From an uncultured Acidimicrobiia bacterium (GTDB taxonomy: Bacteria > Acidobacteriota > Terriglobia > Versatilivoradales > Versatilivoraceae): 64,000 nt of DNA. The DNA lies in the NCBI GenBank assembly GCA_963786955.1, contig CAWBAT010000006.1:96001-160000 (forward strand), written 5' to 3'. Below are positions 21,281 to 34,479 of the stretch, piece by piece. The notes beneath the pieces are model-generated. The model had not been told where the DNA came from. It was given only the letters and a program-made list of their open reading frames with translations, and searched no databases. A program made the translations under genes and the position numbers. How positions within the stretch are numbered: the first letter of the stretch is position 1; every line of letters begins with the position of its first letter.

Positions 21281-22192
21281 TCAGGCACTGGCCGCTTGTT
21301 CCCGCATGAATTGAAGTGTCTCTTCGTAGGTGGGTATTCCGGCTCGTCCTCCGAGCTTCTTGCAGGACAGAGCCGCAACAGCGGAGGCTAATCCAATCGA
21401 TTCAGGTACTTCAAAACCCCGCGAAAGGGCAAAACAAAACGCACCGTGGAAAGAATCACCCGCGCCAGTAGTATCCACGACTCTTACCTTGAAAGCAGGC
21501 ACTTTGAATATTTTGTCCTGGTAGAGATAAGTGCATCCCTCCTCTCCTAAGTAATGATAGGGACTTTGACACCTTTAGACTTCATGGCATGTAAAGCACT
21601 GGCATAATCACCTTTCCCGCCAAAAAACTCTGCCAGCGGTTTGGGCACAATGGCGTAGTCGGCCAGGCTTAATAGCTCTAGACTCGGTTGGTTTGGCTCG
21701 TGCACATCAGCGACTACGGAAATCCCATGGGACTTGGCAAAATGAGCCGCTATTTGTGCCGCTTCAATCCAGGAAGCATCGATCAGAAGCATTTTGGCTT
21801 TTCGAATTCGCTCCAAATTGAGCTGATTCAAATCCACGTAGAGATTTTTTTGGGAATGGACGACGAAGGCTCTTTTGCCGCTGTCGGCTTGAACCATCAC
21901 AAAACAAACACCTGTCTTTCCATCCGGCACCATATGGACTTGAGACGTGTTCACGTTGAATGCCTTTAGTTCTTTCAACCACAGCATGCCCCGTTTCGTC
22001 ATCTCCCAGGCGTCCCCATAGTTCAGTGCTTGCGCCCAGGTGCTGAGCAGTGGCAAGGGCGGTAGCAACCATCCCTCCCCCTTGGATTTCATACTGCGAG
22101 CTTGGAGTGACGCCTTCCCGGCTGGGAAATTCCGGAACAATCATCAGATGGTCCAACACCGCTAGCCCGATACCAATAATTTCTGAGTGCAT
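21281..22192 (-). CDS. PfkB-family carbohydrate kinase (frameshifted)
   Basis: GIGLAVLD, QGGGMVATA, GRLGDDETG; C-terminal VDTTGAGDSFHGAF. Confidence 0.9.
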
Positions 22193-22287
22193 CAATCATG
22201 ACCCGCCATAGTGAATTGGTCCTACTGTAAGGCAAGTCAGTATAATGACTTCCAATTATCCCCGTCAACGGCAATCGGCCCCAGCTA

Positions 22288-22455
22288 GTAATGCGTCAGT
22301 TACGGGGGGAAATCTGTAAGGGCAATGCCTTCGGTGACGATTTGAGATTGTCGCTTCTGTAGCGGCTGAGTGGGTAGGGACGGACCGCCGGGCCGTCCGC
22401 GGCGCGCTCGGCGAGCGCGCCCTACCAGAAATTCCCCCGATAACTAACGCATAAC
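22288..22455. mobile_element. MITE family B, 168 bp, about 30-bp TIRs, 8-bp TSD
   Basis: GTAATGCGTCAGTTACGGGGGGAAATCTG..CAGAAATTCCCCCGATAACTAACGCATAAC; perfect TSD CCCAGCTA; second copy at 46665. Confidence 0.9.
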
Positions 22456-22518
22456 CCCAGCTAATCCAGATTGGACGGAATGCGTTGGAGCCCGACTGTT
22501 CAAACGGACCTCCTGCTC

Positions 22519-22772
22519 GGGGGGCGGAGTTCCACGACGCCGTTGTCAACCAGTGTACGCACGCACAGGAGCGTTGTCCCCAATCGGGCATTCATCATTG
22601 ATCAAGCGTGCGCAGGAGCGCCCGCTCCACCCCTACCAAATGACAGTCGATCGGATACAGCATGTGGAATCATACGGCCTCGTGGAACTCGGCCCCCCAA
22701 CTCGAAACGTCGATTGGAGGATGCATTCTGTCGGGCGTTCAACGGGGGTGCGCAGGAGCGCCCGCTCCACCT
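22519..22772. repeat. REP-like cluster
   Basis: GCGCAGGAGCGCCCGCTCCACC twice; GGGGGCGGAGTTCCACGA mirrored by TCGTGGAACTCGGCCCCCC. Confidence 0.7.
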
Positions 22773-22873
22773 AATAAGGATTCGGGCTATGAAATGTTCT
22801 TGGAAATTAAGGGAGAGAGGCTCTGCCAGGCAAAGAAAGGGATTGAACACCAGAACTGGGGAGGCTTGCAATA

Positions 22874-23907
22874 TTATCGGCCGCGAGAGTGACTAACAGA
22901 CGCACCACGGCTTTGTACCGCACTCCCCGAAGCTGCCAGAACGGGATGTGGAAGATGTTGACGGAGAGCGGGTCGGACTGGGTTGAGTACATAGTGGGAC
23001 GCTGCGATCCGGTCCCTCCGGTATTTCCCTGTGACGCAGTTCCCCGCCTCCCCATATCCTCGATAGAGTCGATAAGGATTGTAGCCTAGGTAGGAGAACC
23101 CGTAAGGAGAATAATAATTTGAGCCAAAAGGAATGAAGGTGAACATCTGAAAGAAAGGATCGAAATACCAGCCGCCTCGAAAACCACGTTGACGCGTAGG
23201 ATGAATACCAGGAATTCGACGCCCATGAGGAAGAGCGGTCGCTGGCCGCGACCAGATACTGAGCCCGGCGCATGCTCCAATTGTCGAGGTTATCCACTTG
23301 TTCTTTGCGGATATTTGCATACTGGAGCTCACCACCCGCCGAACTGACCGGGAGCTGAAAGCGCTTGCCGGACTTCAATGTTACTTGGGGCTTGCCTTCG
23401 GGCAGCCACTGAGCCTTGCCCCGACGAATCAGCGACATCCACTGCGTCTGTTCCGGATCTGCTTCAAAACGGTAGAGACCCTCTTTCTGGATGGCTATTT
23501 CGCCGGCGGCCGTCTCAATTCTCAGAGCGTGAACTTTCTTGTCGAAAACTGCGGACTCTACAATGACTGTCCCTTTGTCTAACGCAACCCTCACATTATC
23601 CAGTTTCGTTTCATTGATCCGCACAATGGAGTTCTCCGCCACTCGCAGGTAGCTTCCCGGGTTCAGCAAAATTTCAACCCGGTCCATTTGTCCCGTTTCG
23701 ATCCGACTCATGGGTTGGATCATGGTGCGGGACAACAGGGGTTTGCTTATCGACTGCTCTGCCGTGAAAATAACGGGATTCCCATCAACATGGTTTACTA
23801 GCCCTGCCCGCGCCCCAATAAATTAATGAAGGGTCGTCACCCAGAAGCCGGGATGCAGAGAACCCAAACCAGAAAAGAAGAAAAACCGAGATGGTTCTTG
23901 CATTCAT
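22874..23907 (-). CDS. FecR-domain exported protein (frameshifted; start approximate)
   Basis: ARAGLVNHVDG, RIETGQMDRVEILLNPGSYLRVAENS, GLYRF, LDNWSMRR, Tyr/Gly-rich tail. Confidence 0.7.
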
Positions 23908-24151
23908 AGAAACCAACCGGATTTTTGGTTAGGGCGAGGGATCGACTCATGGGATAGTTCATTTTCATTATACCCCCTCCCCTTGCCAAATCAACGGAAT
24001 AAAGATCTATGTGACATGGCCTTCCTCAATAAATCCTCTTATCCGTCCCAGTTGGGGTTAGATGCACTCAGTATTCAAAAGGTTAGCGGGGTTTTTAAGG
24101 GATAATTAGACCTGCCCTTGGTGTTCTCGATCCGTTTCTGGCGGGAGGCTA

Positions 24152-25309
24152 TTAGTAGAGGAACATGGGTTTCCCGTCGACATTCCTGACCTTGGGGCGG
24201 TACTGTTCCTGGTCATACAATTCTTCGACGTCCACTCGCTTCAGGCCTTGAGACACAATGCTCATTGGGACATTGGTGTAAATCCCGTTCTTCATCGCCA
24301 TCATCTTTCCAAACTGTTTCTTCAAGATGAGTGACATGGCCATGTTCGCGTAGTTGAGGGAGACCATCAGGTCGAGAGCATCCGGCGCGCCACTTCGCAT
24401 CAAATAGGATAGTGGCTGGTAAATAATGCTCTGGCCGGTCAGGTTTTTCAGAACTTCGCCTAGCTGAGCGCCGATCCCGCCTAACTTTCGATGGCCATAG
24501 GCATCGGCCTCCCCGGATTCAACGATCACTCCGCCCACCATCTGAGCCCCTTCTGAGATGGTCACCATGGCGTAATTGCTCGGATTGGAGTTTTTGTCTT
24601 CCATCACGAGTTTGGACAGTTTCTCGGGGTTGAAAGGGACTTCCGAAATGATCGCGCGGTCCACGCCGGCCAGGTAGGAGGAAATCAGAGAGGTTTCGCC
24701 GCTGTTTCGCCCAAAAAGTTCCACTACGGCGATCCTTTCATGCGATCCTGCCGAGGTTCTTAGCTGATGCAGAAAATTGACGCTCCGGGTCACAGCAGTC
24801 GAGAAGCCAATACAATAATCCGTCCCGAAGACGTCGTTGTCCATGGTCTTCGGGATCGCAACGACCGGAAATTTTTCTTTGTGCAATCGCTCTCCATAAC
24901 TCAACGTGTCATCGCCTCCGATCACGATCATCACGTCAATCGCCAGCCGCGCCAGATTGCTGAGAACATGCGGCGTAAAATCGCGAACTCCAGCTGCCTT
25001 GGGGTTCCAATCGGGTCCTCGTAGAAACTCCGGTGTGTCGGCAATCTTCACGTTCGAAGGATTGGTACGGGAGGTATGAAGGAAAGTTCCTCCGCTGCGG
25101 TCAATTGTACGCACCACATTGGTGTCGAGCTTGATGGTGCACTTTGCCATAGAGTTAGGATCATCCGGGTTTAAGTGGAGCAGTCCCCACCAACCCCGGC
25201 GGATGCCAGTTACCGAAATTCCCTCAGCTTCCGCCCGATTCACAACCGCTTTAATACAGGGATTCAAGCCCGGGACGTCCCCCCCTCCGGTTAAAATGCC
25301 AATACGCAT
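24152..25309 (-). CDS. pfkA: 6-phosphofructokinase family, PPi-dependent signature
   Basis: [41 protein letters not shown]. Confidence 0.92.
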   Translation of the reverse strand: MRIGILTGGGDVPGLNPCIKAVVNRAEAEGISVTGIRRGWWGLLHLNPDDPNSMAKCTIKLDTNVVRTIDRSGGTFLHTSRTNPSNVKIADTPEFLRGPDWNPKAAGVRDFTPHVLSNLARLAIDVMIVIGGDDTLSYGERLHKEKFPVVAIPKTMDNDVFGTDYCIGFSTAVTRSVNFLHQLRTSAGSHERIAVVELFGRNSGETSLISSYLAGVDRAIISEVPFNPEKLSKLVMEDKNSNPSNYAMVTISEGAQMVGGVIVESGEADAYGHRKLGGIGAQLGEVLKNLTGQSIIYQPLSYLMRSGAPDALDLMVSLNYANMAMSLILKKQFGKMMAMKNGIYTNVPMSIVSQGLKRVDVEELYDQEQYRPKVRNVDGKPMFLY

Positions 25310-25451
25310 GCGTCTCTCCTTATGACACTATGAAATGAGTTGAATGGTTAAAGACAGCCAAACAGGCAGGCCAACACATCCTGTTCGCATTCTAGCATCG
25401 AATCCTCGATCGTCCGCCTGCCTGATCGAGGAGTCCACGTTATTTCCTGCC

Positions 25452-28233
25452 TTATTTCTTTTTCCCTTTTCCCTTTTTCTTGGCCGTTTTTGATTTCTTG
25501 GGCGCCTGGCTTTTGCTTGCTGCTTTTTCGCGAAGTGCCGCGCGGGCTGCGGCCAGACGCGCAATAGGAACGCGGAATGGAGAACAGCTGACATAATCCA
25601 GGCCGATCGTATGGCAGAACTCGACACTGGAAGGCTCGCCTCCGTGCTCACCGCAGATCCCGATCTTCAGCTTTGGCCGCGTGACTCTCCCCTTTTCCAC
25701 GGCAATCTTCATGAGTGCGCCGACCCCGTCCTGGTCAATAGCCTCAAACGGATCCTTGGGATAAATATCCAGCTGAACATACGGAACAAGAAATCTGCCG
25801 GAATCATCCCGGCTAATCCCCAAGGTTGTCTGGGTGAGGTCATTGGTTCCAAAACTAAAGAATTCGGCAGTCATGGCAATCTTGTCGGCTGTAATGGCCC
25901 CTCGAGGAATTTCGATCATTGTTCCGACTAAGTAGGGAAATTTTATTTTCTGTTGCTTCATCACTTCCTCTGCAACTTTGTGAACAATGGCAGATTGATT
26001 GTCTAGTTCTTTGATATGGCCAACCAGCGGAATCATGACTTCCGGTTCGACTTTAGTCCCCTTCTTGCGGACATTCGCGGCAGCCTCAAAGATAGCCCGG
26101 GCCTGCATTTCGGTAATTTCGGGATACACGATGCCCAGGCGGCAACCACGGAAACCGAGCATTGGGTTGAATTCATGGAGCGACTCAACCCGCTGCTTGA
26201 CCTTTTCGTAAGGAATACCCATCTCGGCGGCTAATTCTCTCTGCGCCTCCTCTTCATGGGGAACAAATTCATGCAGGGGGGGATCGATCGTCCGGATGGT
26301 TACTGGCCTTCCCGCCATGACTTCAAAGATTCCTTCAAAATCCGCCCGCTGCAAGGGGAGTAACTTCTCCAGAGCCTGACGACGCGCTTCCAGTGTGTCC
26401 GATAGGATCATTTCCCGCATGGGACCAATCTTTCCCTCCCCAAAAAACATATGTTCGGTCCGGCATAACCCGATTCCTTCAGCCCCAAAGGCAATGGCCG
26501 TGGCGGCCTGGTCGGGCTGGTCGGCGTTGGTCCGAATTTTAAGGGATCGATAACGGTCCGCCCATTTCATGATCTTGGCGTACTCCTGATAGACAGCAGA
26601 CTGAGCCGGATCGAGAGACTTTCCAATCACAACTTGTAAGACTTCCGAAGGCTTGGTTTTGAGTTCGCCAAAGATGACTTCGCCGGTGGAACCATCAATC
26701 GAAATATAGTCTCCTTCCCGTACCAGCTGGTTTCCTGCTTTCATCTCCCGTCTGGCATAATCAATATTCAAAGCGGCGCACCCCGCCACGCAGACCTTTC
26801 CCATCTGACGCGCAACCAGCGCAGCGTGAGAGGTTGCGCCTCCGCGGGCGGTCAGGATTCCTTCAGCGGCATCCATCCCTTTGATGTCTTCGGGAGACGT
26901 TTCAATCCGGGTCAGGATGACCCGTTCGCCACGTTTCTTCCATTCTTCCGCATCGGGCGCATTAAATACAACGCGGCCGCAAGCGGCACCAGGTCCTGCA
27001 TTCAGGCCTTTTGCCAGAAGCCGACCCTCTTCAATCGCCTTCTTTTTTTCAACGGTGTCAAAGATCGGTCGCAGTAATTGATTGAGCTGATCCGGCTCAA
27101 TGCGCAACAAAGCTTCTTTTTCGGAAATGAGTTTCTCATCCACCATATCCACGGCGATCTTGATCGCTGCAAAAGCCGTTCTTTTTCCTACCCGGCACTG
27201 CAGCATGTAGAGCTTTCCCTGTTGGATGGTGAATTCAATGTCGAGCATGTCGCGGTAATGCTCTTCCAAAATCCTGCGGACTTTATCCAGCTGCCGATAG
27301 ACCTTGGGATTTTCTTTCGCCAATTCCTGGATGGGCTTCGGTGTCCTCGCACCCGAGACGACATCTTCACCTTGCGCATTATTGAGGTATTCTCCGTAGA
27401 AAATATCTGCCCCGGTCGCGGCATCGCGGGTAAAGGCAACACCGGAACCGGAATCTTCTCCCATGTTCCCGAAAACCATGGTTTGCACATTGACGGCAGT
27501 CCCCCAAGAAGCGGGAATATCGTTCATTTTCCGGTAGGCGATGGCTCTTTCATTCATCCAGGAGCTAAACACTGCCCCAACGGATCCCCAGAGCTGCTCG
27601 TAGGGGTCATTGGGAAAATCAATGTTCAAGCGGGCCTTGATGGCTTTTTTAAATCGTCTGACTAATTCCTGTAGATCACTGGTTTCAAGTTCTGTATCCA
27701 GTTGAACTCTCTTTTGCTTTTTGACTTCCTCGATGATGTGTTCAAAAGGATCAATCTCATCTTTGTGCTGCGGCTTCAGTCCCAATACAACGTCACCGTA
27801 CATTTGTACGAAGCGGCGGTAAGAATCCCAGGCAAAGCGCTCATTGCCCGTTTTTTGAATCAACCCCTGAATGGTGTTGTCACTCAACCCAAGATTCAGG
27901 ATCGTGTCCATCATGCCGGGCATCGACGCGCGCGCTCCGGACCGGACAGAAATGAGCAAAGGGTTTTTCGCATTGCCAAATTTCATTCCCAGAGATTTCT
28001 CGAGTTTGCGAAGCGCGTCTTCCACTTGCTTAGAAAGCTCCTTGGGATACTTTTTTCTTGTTGGCATAGTAGTAAGTACAGACTTCCGTGGAGATCGTGA
28101 ATCCGGGGGGCACAGGGAGTCCAATATTGGTCATCTCTGCGAGGTTGGCGCCCTTTCCGCCCAGCAGCCCTTTCATGTCAGCCTTTCCATCTGCTTTTCC
28201 ATCGCCGAAGTAGTAAACGTATTTATTTCCCAT
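25452..28233 (-). CDS. ppdK: Pyruvate, phosphate dikinase (frameshift near 28050-28100)
   Basis: [57 protein letters not shown]. Confidence 0.97.
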
Positions 28234-28298
28234 TTCGTATAAGCCTCTCCTTTTTTGAATCAATCAAATAGATGGACACCGACACAGCGATGCGGTCG

Positions 28299-30407
28299 TC
28301 ACGCCGACATGGCCCCTGTGTTCAAGACGACTTCTGAAACGTCAGCCACTCGATAGAAGACCGCAAGCAAACTCCCTAATAGAGATAAACGGTTTCTCTG
28401 GACCTCTGGATTTTCTGCCATCACAAGAACCTTATCGAAAAACAGGTCAATGGCAGGTCTCAGCGAGGCCATCAACTCGAATGCTTTTCGATACTCATGT
28501 TTAGCTGCTGCTCGTTTCACCTTTGGTTTAATCTGGTCCACGAGCCGTCCCAATACCCTCTCTTCCTCTGTTTCGAAGAGTGAAGGATCAACCGTAAAGG
28601 TCGAATCCATCTGCAGCCCTGCTTTTAAAACGATATTCTTCATTCTCTTAAAGCTCATGGAAACTGCATAAAAGTCTTCGCTTTCGCGCATGGCCGAAAT
28701 CGCGGAAATTTTTTCAAGGCATTCCAATGGGTTATCGACTCCTATCTCAACAATTGCATTAATCTCGTCATAGCGATAACCCATCTCCTTGAAGATGTTC
28801 CGCAATCGCTCTTTGAAAAATAGATGGAGATCGGCCCGGACGTCTTCATAACTCCGCTTAGCCTTCTTACGCACCAACGCAAAGGCCTTTCGAAAAAGAG
28901 CCTCCAGAGAGATACTCAACCTCTTGTTGAGAATTAGATTCAGAATCCCAAGAGTCTGGCGCCGAAGTCCTTGGGGGTCTTTGGATCCAGAAGGAACCCA
29001 TCCCACCGAGAATAGTCCGACAATCGTATCCAGTTTGTCGGCGATCGAAAGGACCGTGCCTCCGGCGCTCTGCGGAGGCTTGTCTTCCCAAGAGTTGGGT
29101 CGGTAGTGCTCATAAATCGCAGTGGCAGCCGTCTCGCACACTCCTTGGGCCTTGGAGTAAAGCCCCCCCATGATACCCTGCAGATCCGTGAACTCCTTGA
29201 CCATTTCTGTCGCTAAATCCGTCTTGCACAGCCGCGCGGCGAGGCGCAGGTCGGCAGCTTTTTCAGAACAGCGGAGTAGACGGGCGAGCGGTCCGACCAG
29301 ACTCACCAGCCTTTGGGTTTTCTCAAACAGGGTCCCGAGGTCAGAATGAAAAACAATCTTCTTAAGTTCCTCAACCCGCGACTCCAAAGGGATGTGGCTA
29401 TCCACTTCCCAAAAGAAACTGGCATCTTCCAGCCGGGCTTTCAAGACCCGCTCATGGCCCGATACGATGGACGCCTCAAATCTTGGATCCGCGTCCACCA
29501 CGGCCAGAAATTTGGGAATGAGCTGGTCCGCCGAATCCAGTATCGAGAAATACTTCTGGTGCTCCCTCATCACCGTCACCAGCACTTCTTGAGGAAGGCG
29601 GAGAAACCTGGGGTCAAAACCGCCTGAGACAACCGATGGGGACTCATGCAGATGGGTTACCTGGTCTAAAAGGCCTACGTCCTGGAGAAGCCTGGACGAA
29701 TGGCGGTTACAGGTCGCATCAAGGTCTTTCTGTATCCCCGTGCGCCGCTTTTCTTGATTAATCTCAACCGATAGGCCCTTTAATTTCTGGTAATAATCAC
29801 CAAAATGATTCACCGTTACTTTATGGTTATTGGCGAGGAACCGGTGGCCAAAAGTAAAGTTTGAAGATTCTATCCCCGCGACAGAAAAAGTAACCACCTC
29901 TCCACCCAGCAGACACAATATCCAGCGAATGGGCCTGACAAAAACAAAGCGAGATTTTTCCCAGCGCATCCCTTTTGGAAATTCCAGCTCACCGAGCAGT
30001 TGCGGTAAGGCCTCCCTGAGCAGATCGATCGTTTGCACGCCCGGGACTTTTTTCTCAAAGCCCAAGTATTTTCCTTTGGCAGTGTCGACAACCTGGACTT
30101 GATCCAAAGCGACCTGGTATTTATTGGCGAACCCTAGGGCTGCCTTGGTCGGCTGCCCTTCGGAGTCGTAAGAGGCTGAAAAGGGTGGACCCGTGACGGA
30201 CTCACTGCGATCGGGCTGTTTCTCAGTCACTTGTTCAATCACAATGACCAGTCGACGAGGTGTGCCATAAAGCTGAGGCGGTAGATGAGAGACCGTGCTC
30301 TCATCGAGTCTGCCCGATATCTTCGAGCCAAGTTGCTCAAGAAGGGATGGAATCAGGCGGGCGGGGATTTCCTCACAACCCACTTCAAATAAGAATTCCA
30401 AACTCAA
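28299..30407 (-). CDS. glyS: Glycine--tRNA ligase beta subunit
   Basis: FEVGCEEIP, TPRRL, FVRPIRW, EFTDLQGIMG, SGSKDP.GLRR, NRLSLL. Confidence 0.96.
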   Translation of the reverse strand: MSLEFLFEVGCEEIPARLIPSLLEQLGSKISGRLDESTVSHLPPQLYGTPRRLVIVIEQVTEKQPDRSESVTGPPFSASYDSEGQPTKAALGFANKYQVALDQVQVVDTAKGKYLGFEKKVPGVQTIDLLREALPQLLGELEFPKGMRWEKSRFVFVRPIRWILCLLGGEVVTFSVAGIESSNFTFGHRFLANNHKVTVNHFGDYYQKLKGLSVEINQEKRRTGIQKDLDATCNRHSSRLLQDVGLLDQVTHLHESPSVVSGGFDPRFLRLPQEVLVTVMREHQKYFSILDSADQLIPKFLAVVDADPRFEASIVSGHERVLKARLEDASFFWEVDSHIPLESRVEELKKIVFHSDLGTLFEKTQRLVSLVGPLARLLRCSEKAADLRLAARLCKTDLATEMVKEFTDLQGIMGGLYSKAQGVCETAATAIYEHYRPNSWEDKPPQSAGGTVLSIADKLDTIVGLFSVGWVPSGSKDPQGLRRQTLGILNLILNKRLSISLEALFRKAFALVRKKAKRSYEDVRADLHLFFKERLRNIFKEMGYRYDEINAIVEIGVDNPLECLEKISAISAMRESEDFYAVSMSFKRMKNIVLKAGLQMDSTFTVDPSLFETEEERVLGRLVDQIKPKVKRAAAKHEYRKAFELMASLRPAIDLFFDKVLVMAENPEVQRNRLSLLGSLLAVFYRVADVSEVVLNTGAMSA

Positions 30408-30461
30408 CTATTTCAATCTCCCATTTAAAAAATATAAAGTGTTACTTTATATAAGAGCGGG

Positions 30462-31332
30462 TTATATTCGTGAAACCTCAGTACCCTCCCCCTGCGATTG
30501 GAGGGAGAGTGCGGCAACTTTGCAGGCCAAGTTACGAACCCGTTGAATCATCCTGGCGCGCTCAGAAACACTGATGGCCCCGCGCGCATCGAGAATGTTA
30601 AAGACATGTGAGCACTTAAGACAATAATCGTAGGCAGGCAGGAATAATCCTTCTTCCAGCAGGCGAGCCGCTTCTGTCTCATACTGCTCAAACCAACTGA
30701 AATGAAGTTTCACATCGGCCGACTCGAAATAGTATTTCGAGAACTGCCTTTCATCTTCATAGCGGATACTCCGGTAACTGTGTTTCTGGTTCCAGGGCAA
30801 TTCGAAACAGTTATCGATATTATTCAGGAACATTGCGATTCGCTCCAGGCCATAGGTCAACTCTACCGAGCACGGCTCCAGATCGATGCCTCCCGCTTGC
30901 TGGAAGTAAGTAAACTGGGTAATTTCCAAGCCGTCGAGCAGAACCTGCCATCCCACTCCCCATGCTCCCAAAGTAGGCGACTCCCAGTTATCCTCTTCAA
31001 ATCGGATATCATGTGCCTGAAGACGAATCCCGATCTCCTCCAAACTATTCAGATACACTGCCTGAATATCCGCTGGAGAGGGCTTCATGATCACTTGCAG
31101 TTGATGGTGCTTTCTCTAAGCGATTAGGGTTTTCACCATAACGGCCATCGGCAGGCCGGCGGCTAGGTTCAACATAAGCCACCGCATAAGGCTTGGGACC
31201 GAGCACGCGCAGGAAAGTTTCGGGATTCATAGTCCCGGCACCTTTTTCCACATCATAAGGAAGTTGAATCACGCAACCCTTTTCAGCCCAATATCGGAGG
31301 AGTCGCATGAACAGTTCTTGAAACTCCATCAT
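30462..31332 (-). CDS. glyQ: Glycine--tRNA ligase alpha subunit (frameshift near 31100)
   Basis: [50 protein letters not shown]. Confidence 0.96.
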
Positions 31333-32087
31333 CGGGGATTAAGATCCTTCCCTTCTGAGCAGCTGCAGGCATTGAAAATGACGCTCAAAATTTGTTTCCA
31401 GCATATCCTCCGCCAGTTCTGAGAGATCAGCGATCGGGCGTGAATCGGTCCATTCATCCATAAATCATCCAACGAATACTGCCGGATCGCGGTCCACAGC
31501 CGATATGCCGGCAACGAGATTCGTCGATCTTGTGAAACACGGCAAGATCCGCACACTAAACCAGTAAAGCCGCTCACAATAAATACCTCCTCAGACCCAG
31601 CAAGAGGTTTCCCACATTTCTGACAGACGCGAGTGGCTGGAAGTAATCCCGCGATTTTCAGGTACCAAACTTTAAAGTACAACCCCGCCAAAGGTCCACG
31701 GTCAGCCTTCTCAAAATGAGGTAAAACTAACAAGAGCAAACGATACAGATCGTCATTGGGTTCACGTTCCGGAGAGGTTTCCAGGAGAATCTCCGCGATC
31801 AGGCTCAAGTGCAGAAAATTCTGATAGGAGGGCAATTTCGCGCCAAACGCATGGAGGAGCTCAACACTTCGAAATTTCACCAACTCCCGTTGTGCCTGCA
31901 TGAGGAGGATAATCTCCACGAGGCCAAAAGGTTCCAACCTGCCTACGTTGTGGCGGGAACCTTGTGCGACACCGGAAACAACCCCACTGATTTTGCCTAG
32001 ACCCCGAGTATAAACCACAATAATCCTATCCTTTTCAGCGAGTGGATAGGCTCTCAGAATAAGTCCATCGGTCTTGACCGTTTCCAC
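31329..32087 (-). CDS. recO: DNA repair protein RecO
   Basis: GTG start after AAGGAAG; [24 protein letters not shown], CxxC..CxxC zinc finger; upstream of glyQ. Confidence 0.88.
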   Translation of the reverse strand: METVKTDGLILRAYPLAEKDRIIVVYTRGLGKISGVVSGVAQGSRHNVGRLEPFGLVEIILLMQAQRELVKFRSVELLHAFGAKLPSYQNFLHLSLIAEILLETSPEREPNDDLYRLLLLVLPHFEKADRGPLAGLYFKVWYLKIAGLLPATRVCQKCGKPLAGSEEVFIVSGFTGLVCGSCRVSQDRRISLPAYRLWTAIRQYSLDDLWMNGPIHARSLISQNWRRICWKQILSVIFNACSCSEGKDLNPR

Positions 32088-32923
32088 AACTTCCTTCTTA
32101 TGGGCAATTACTTGGCAGGGACTCAACAAACAAACCGGCCAAACGATGCCACCAACACGATCGACCTTCAGGAAAAAGTCGGCACGTCGACATTTATAGA
32201 CCGCAACTCGTTGATACTGAGCGCCCACCATTTATCCTTGGGAACAGGAGGCAAGGCTCTCAATTAAAAGGGGAAAGTTAACACACTCTGGGCGGATTTT
32301 AAAGAGAAAAGCCAGCCTCTATTAGGCCATGTCTAAAAACCTCTCAGGGGTGCGATTCTCTGAGTTCCTCATGATGAGCCAATATGGAAAATTGCTCGCC
32401 GATTATAAAACCGTATAAATAGTAAACTATTAAATCAATATAACTGATTTATCTACCTTATATAACAACACTAAACAGATTACTAACACAAAGCGGAGGG
32501 TTAAATTTCCAGCCGAGAGTCTATTTCGCAAAGAACAAGGATAGCCCCATCCAAATTTCACCTTCGGGGCAGAAACTTCGAATCGAAATTTGGGCAACCC
32601 CAGCCACCCTAGACACTCCAAGAGATCCACCTGACTTATTTCTCAGCGCAACGCAAGGACTATTTTATATAGTGTTTATCCAGTTTATATAATCTATTAC
32701 ATTATATTATTATGTAAACTACAGTACAATTTCAAGAGTTTTATCAGACGTTATGTCGGCATGCCGACAAGCTCATCTTTTTTGCCAAGCCATGAGTCTA
32801 GCTTTGCTTTCACTTTGGATTAGGGGGAATCATTGAAATGTTTTGACCGAGTTCGGTCGAGTTGGTATGATCTGCTCTAAATTCCACTGTCTATTTCTTG
32901 CTGTTGCGCATTCTGAGTTTATT

Positions 32924-34403
32924 ATGGCTGGTTTCCCTTCCCCATTCCGCATCGGATTGCGAGCCAAACTGATGTCACTGACTGGATTCTTACTCTCACT
33001 TGTGGTCCTCCTGATCATCCTCCTGCTAAGCCGAAAGATTAAGCATGTCATTGTGGATGAAAGTCACAGTCGCGGGGTTGCGATTGCCCAGCTATTTGGA
33101 GCCACCAATGTGAACCACTTGAAATCGTACCACCTCTTACCCATTCAGCAGAATGCGATGCTTGCCAAAAAAGAGAATCAGTTGGGCTATTTGATCGTAT
33201 ATGACAAAGAGGGCCGTATTGTCGCTCATACCGAGGAGCCGGGGCGATCTTACATTTCCTAGCGAACCAGACACCAAAACACTTCTGTCCCTGGCCAGGC
33301 CATATTTCGGGAAAAGGCTTCGTTTCCTTCTCAGACGAACGTTGGCGAAGGTTACTTTGAGATCTATTCTACCCAGTTACCGCACCCGAGTCGGCCAAGC
33401 GCTGGGGAACGGTCCAGTTGGGGATTTCAACTCGTTCCCGATCGAAAAGACTGCTCCATGAGACCCAAGTTCACATAATTTTCCTGGGTGTGCTTTGTCT
33501 CGCCCTGGGGTTGATTGGCGCCGCTTCGTTAGCCGCGCGGATCACGACTCCCATCCTGAAACTTGCTAAAGGATCCCTTCAGGCAGCCCAAGGGGATTTG
33601 TCGGTGCGTATTGAAGTCAAGTCCGGCGATGAGATCGAGACGCTGGCTGAGAATTTTAATTATATGATTGGACAGATTCGGGCTCACCAGGAGGCTCGGG
33701 TTAAGGCTGAAAAAGCTGCCGCTATCGGCAATCTTGTCAATACGATTGTTCATGATTGCCGCACTCCGTTGACAGTGATCAAAGGTTTGCAAGTTTATTT
33801 CAATGAGTCGGATACGCCGCCCCAAAACCTCAAAGAATGCCTGCAACTGATCCAATGCGAGGTCGAACGACTGGAGCGAATGGTTGATGAAATTCTAGAC
33901 TTCCCGTTGGCCGGAACGTCTTCCCTGAAACTGGAGCGGGTAAATCTGGATGAATTTGTTGCTGAATGTTGCGTCGAAATTCATGCGCTGCTGCAACGTT
34001 CGGAAGTATCAGTTTGGCACGGGATTTGAAAGCAAATGTTCCGGTGATGTTGGACAAGAACCAAATGCGTCGTGCCGTTCTAAATCTCGTGGGCAACGCT
34101 CAAGAAGCCATCAAAGGGGCCGGAATTATCCGCATTTCCACCGAAGTGACCGATTCGCGGTCTATTCTACGAGTTGCCGACAACGGGCAAGGAATTCCTT
34201 TGGAATTGCAACCCAAACTCTTCGAGCCCTTTTTCACTCATGGCAAAACTCGCGGTCATGGACTTGGCATGTCCATTACAAAACGCATTGTCGAAGAGCA
34301 TTCCGGTAGTATCTCTTTTGAATCCGTTCCTGGCCACGGTACTGTTTTCACAATTGCCATTCCAGTAACCGCCGAAACAAAAAAGCGTTCTGCTGCGGTT
34401 TAA
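32924..34403 (+). CDS. HAMP-domain sensor histidine kinase (frameshifted), no adjacent response regulator
   Basis: TM, SGDEIETLAENFN (HAMP), IVHDCRTPL H-box, NLVGNA, DNGQGI, FEPFFT, GHGLGM. Confidence 0.88.
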
Positions 34404-34479
34404 ACTTCCCATTTGTCTAGACGCACTAATACTAAGTACTGCTATTCGTAATCGCGGTGACGTATCTTACGATAGGCGC

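Noticed and set aside
22265-22896. Short ORFs over the MITE/REP cluster
   Set aside because: Translations of palindromic repeats without RBS or domain features
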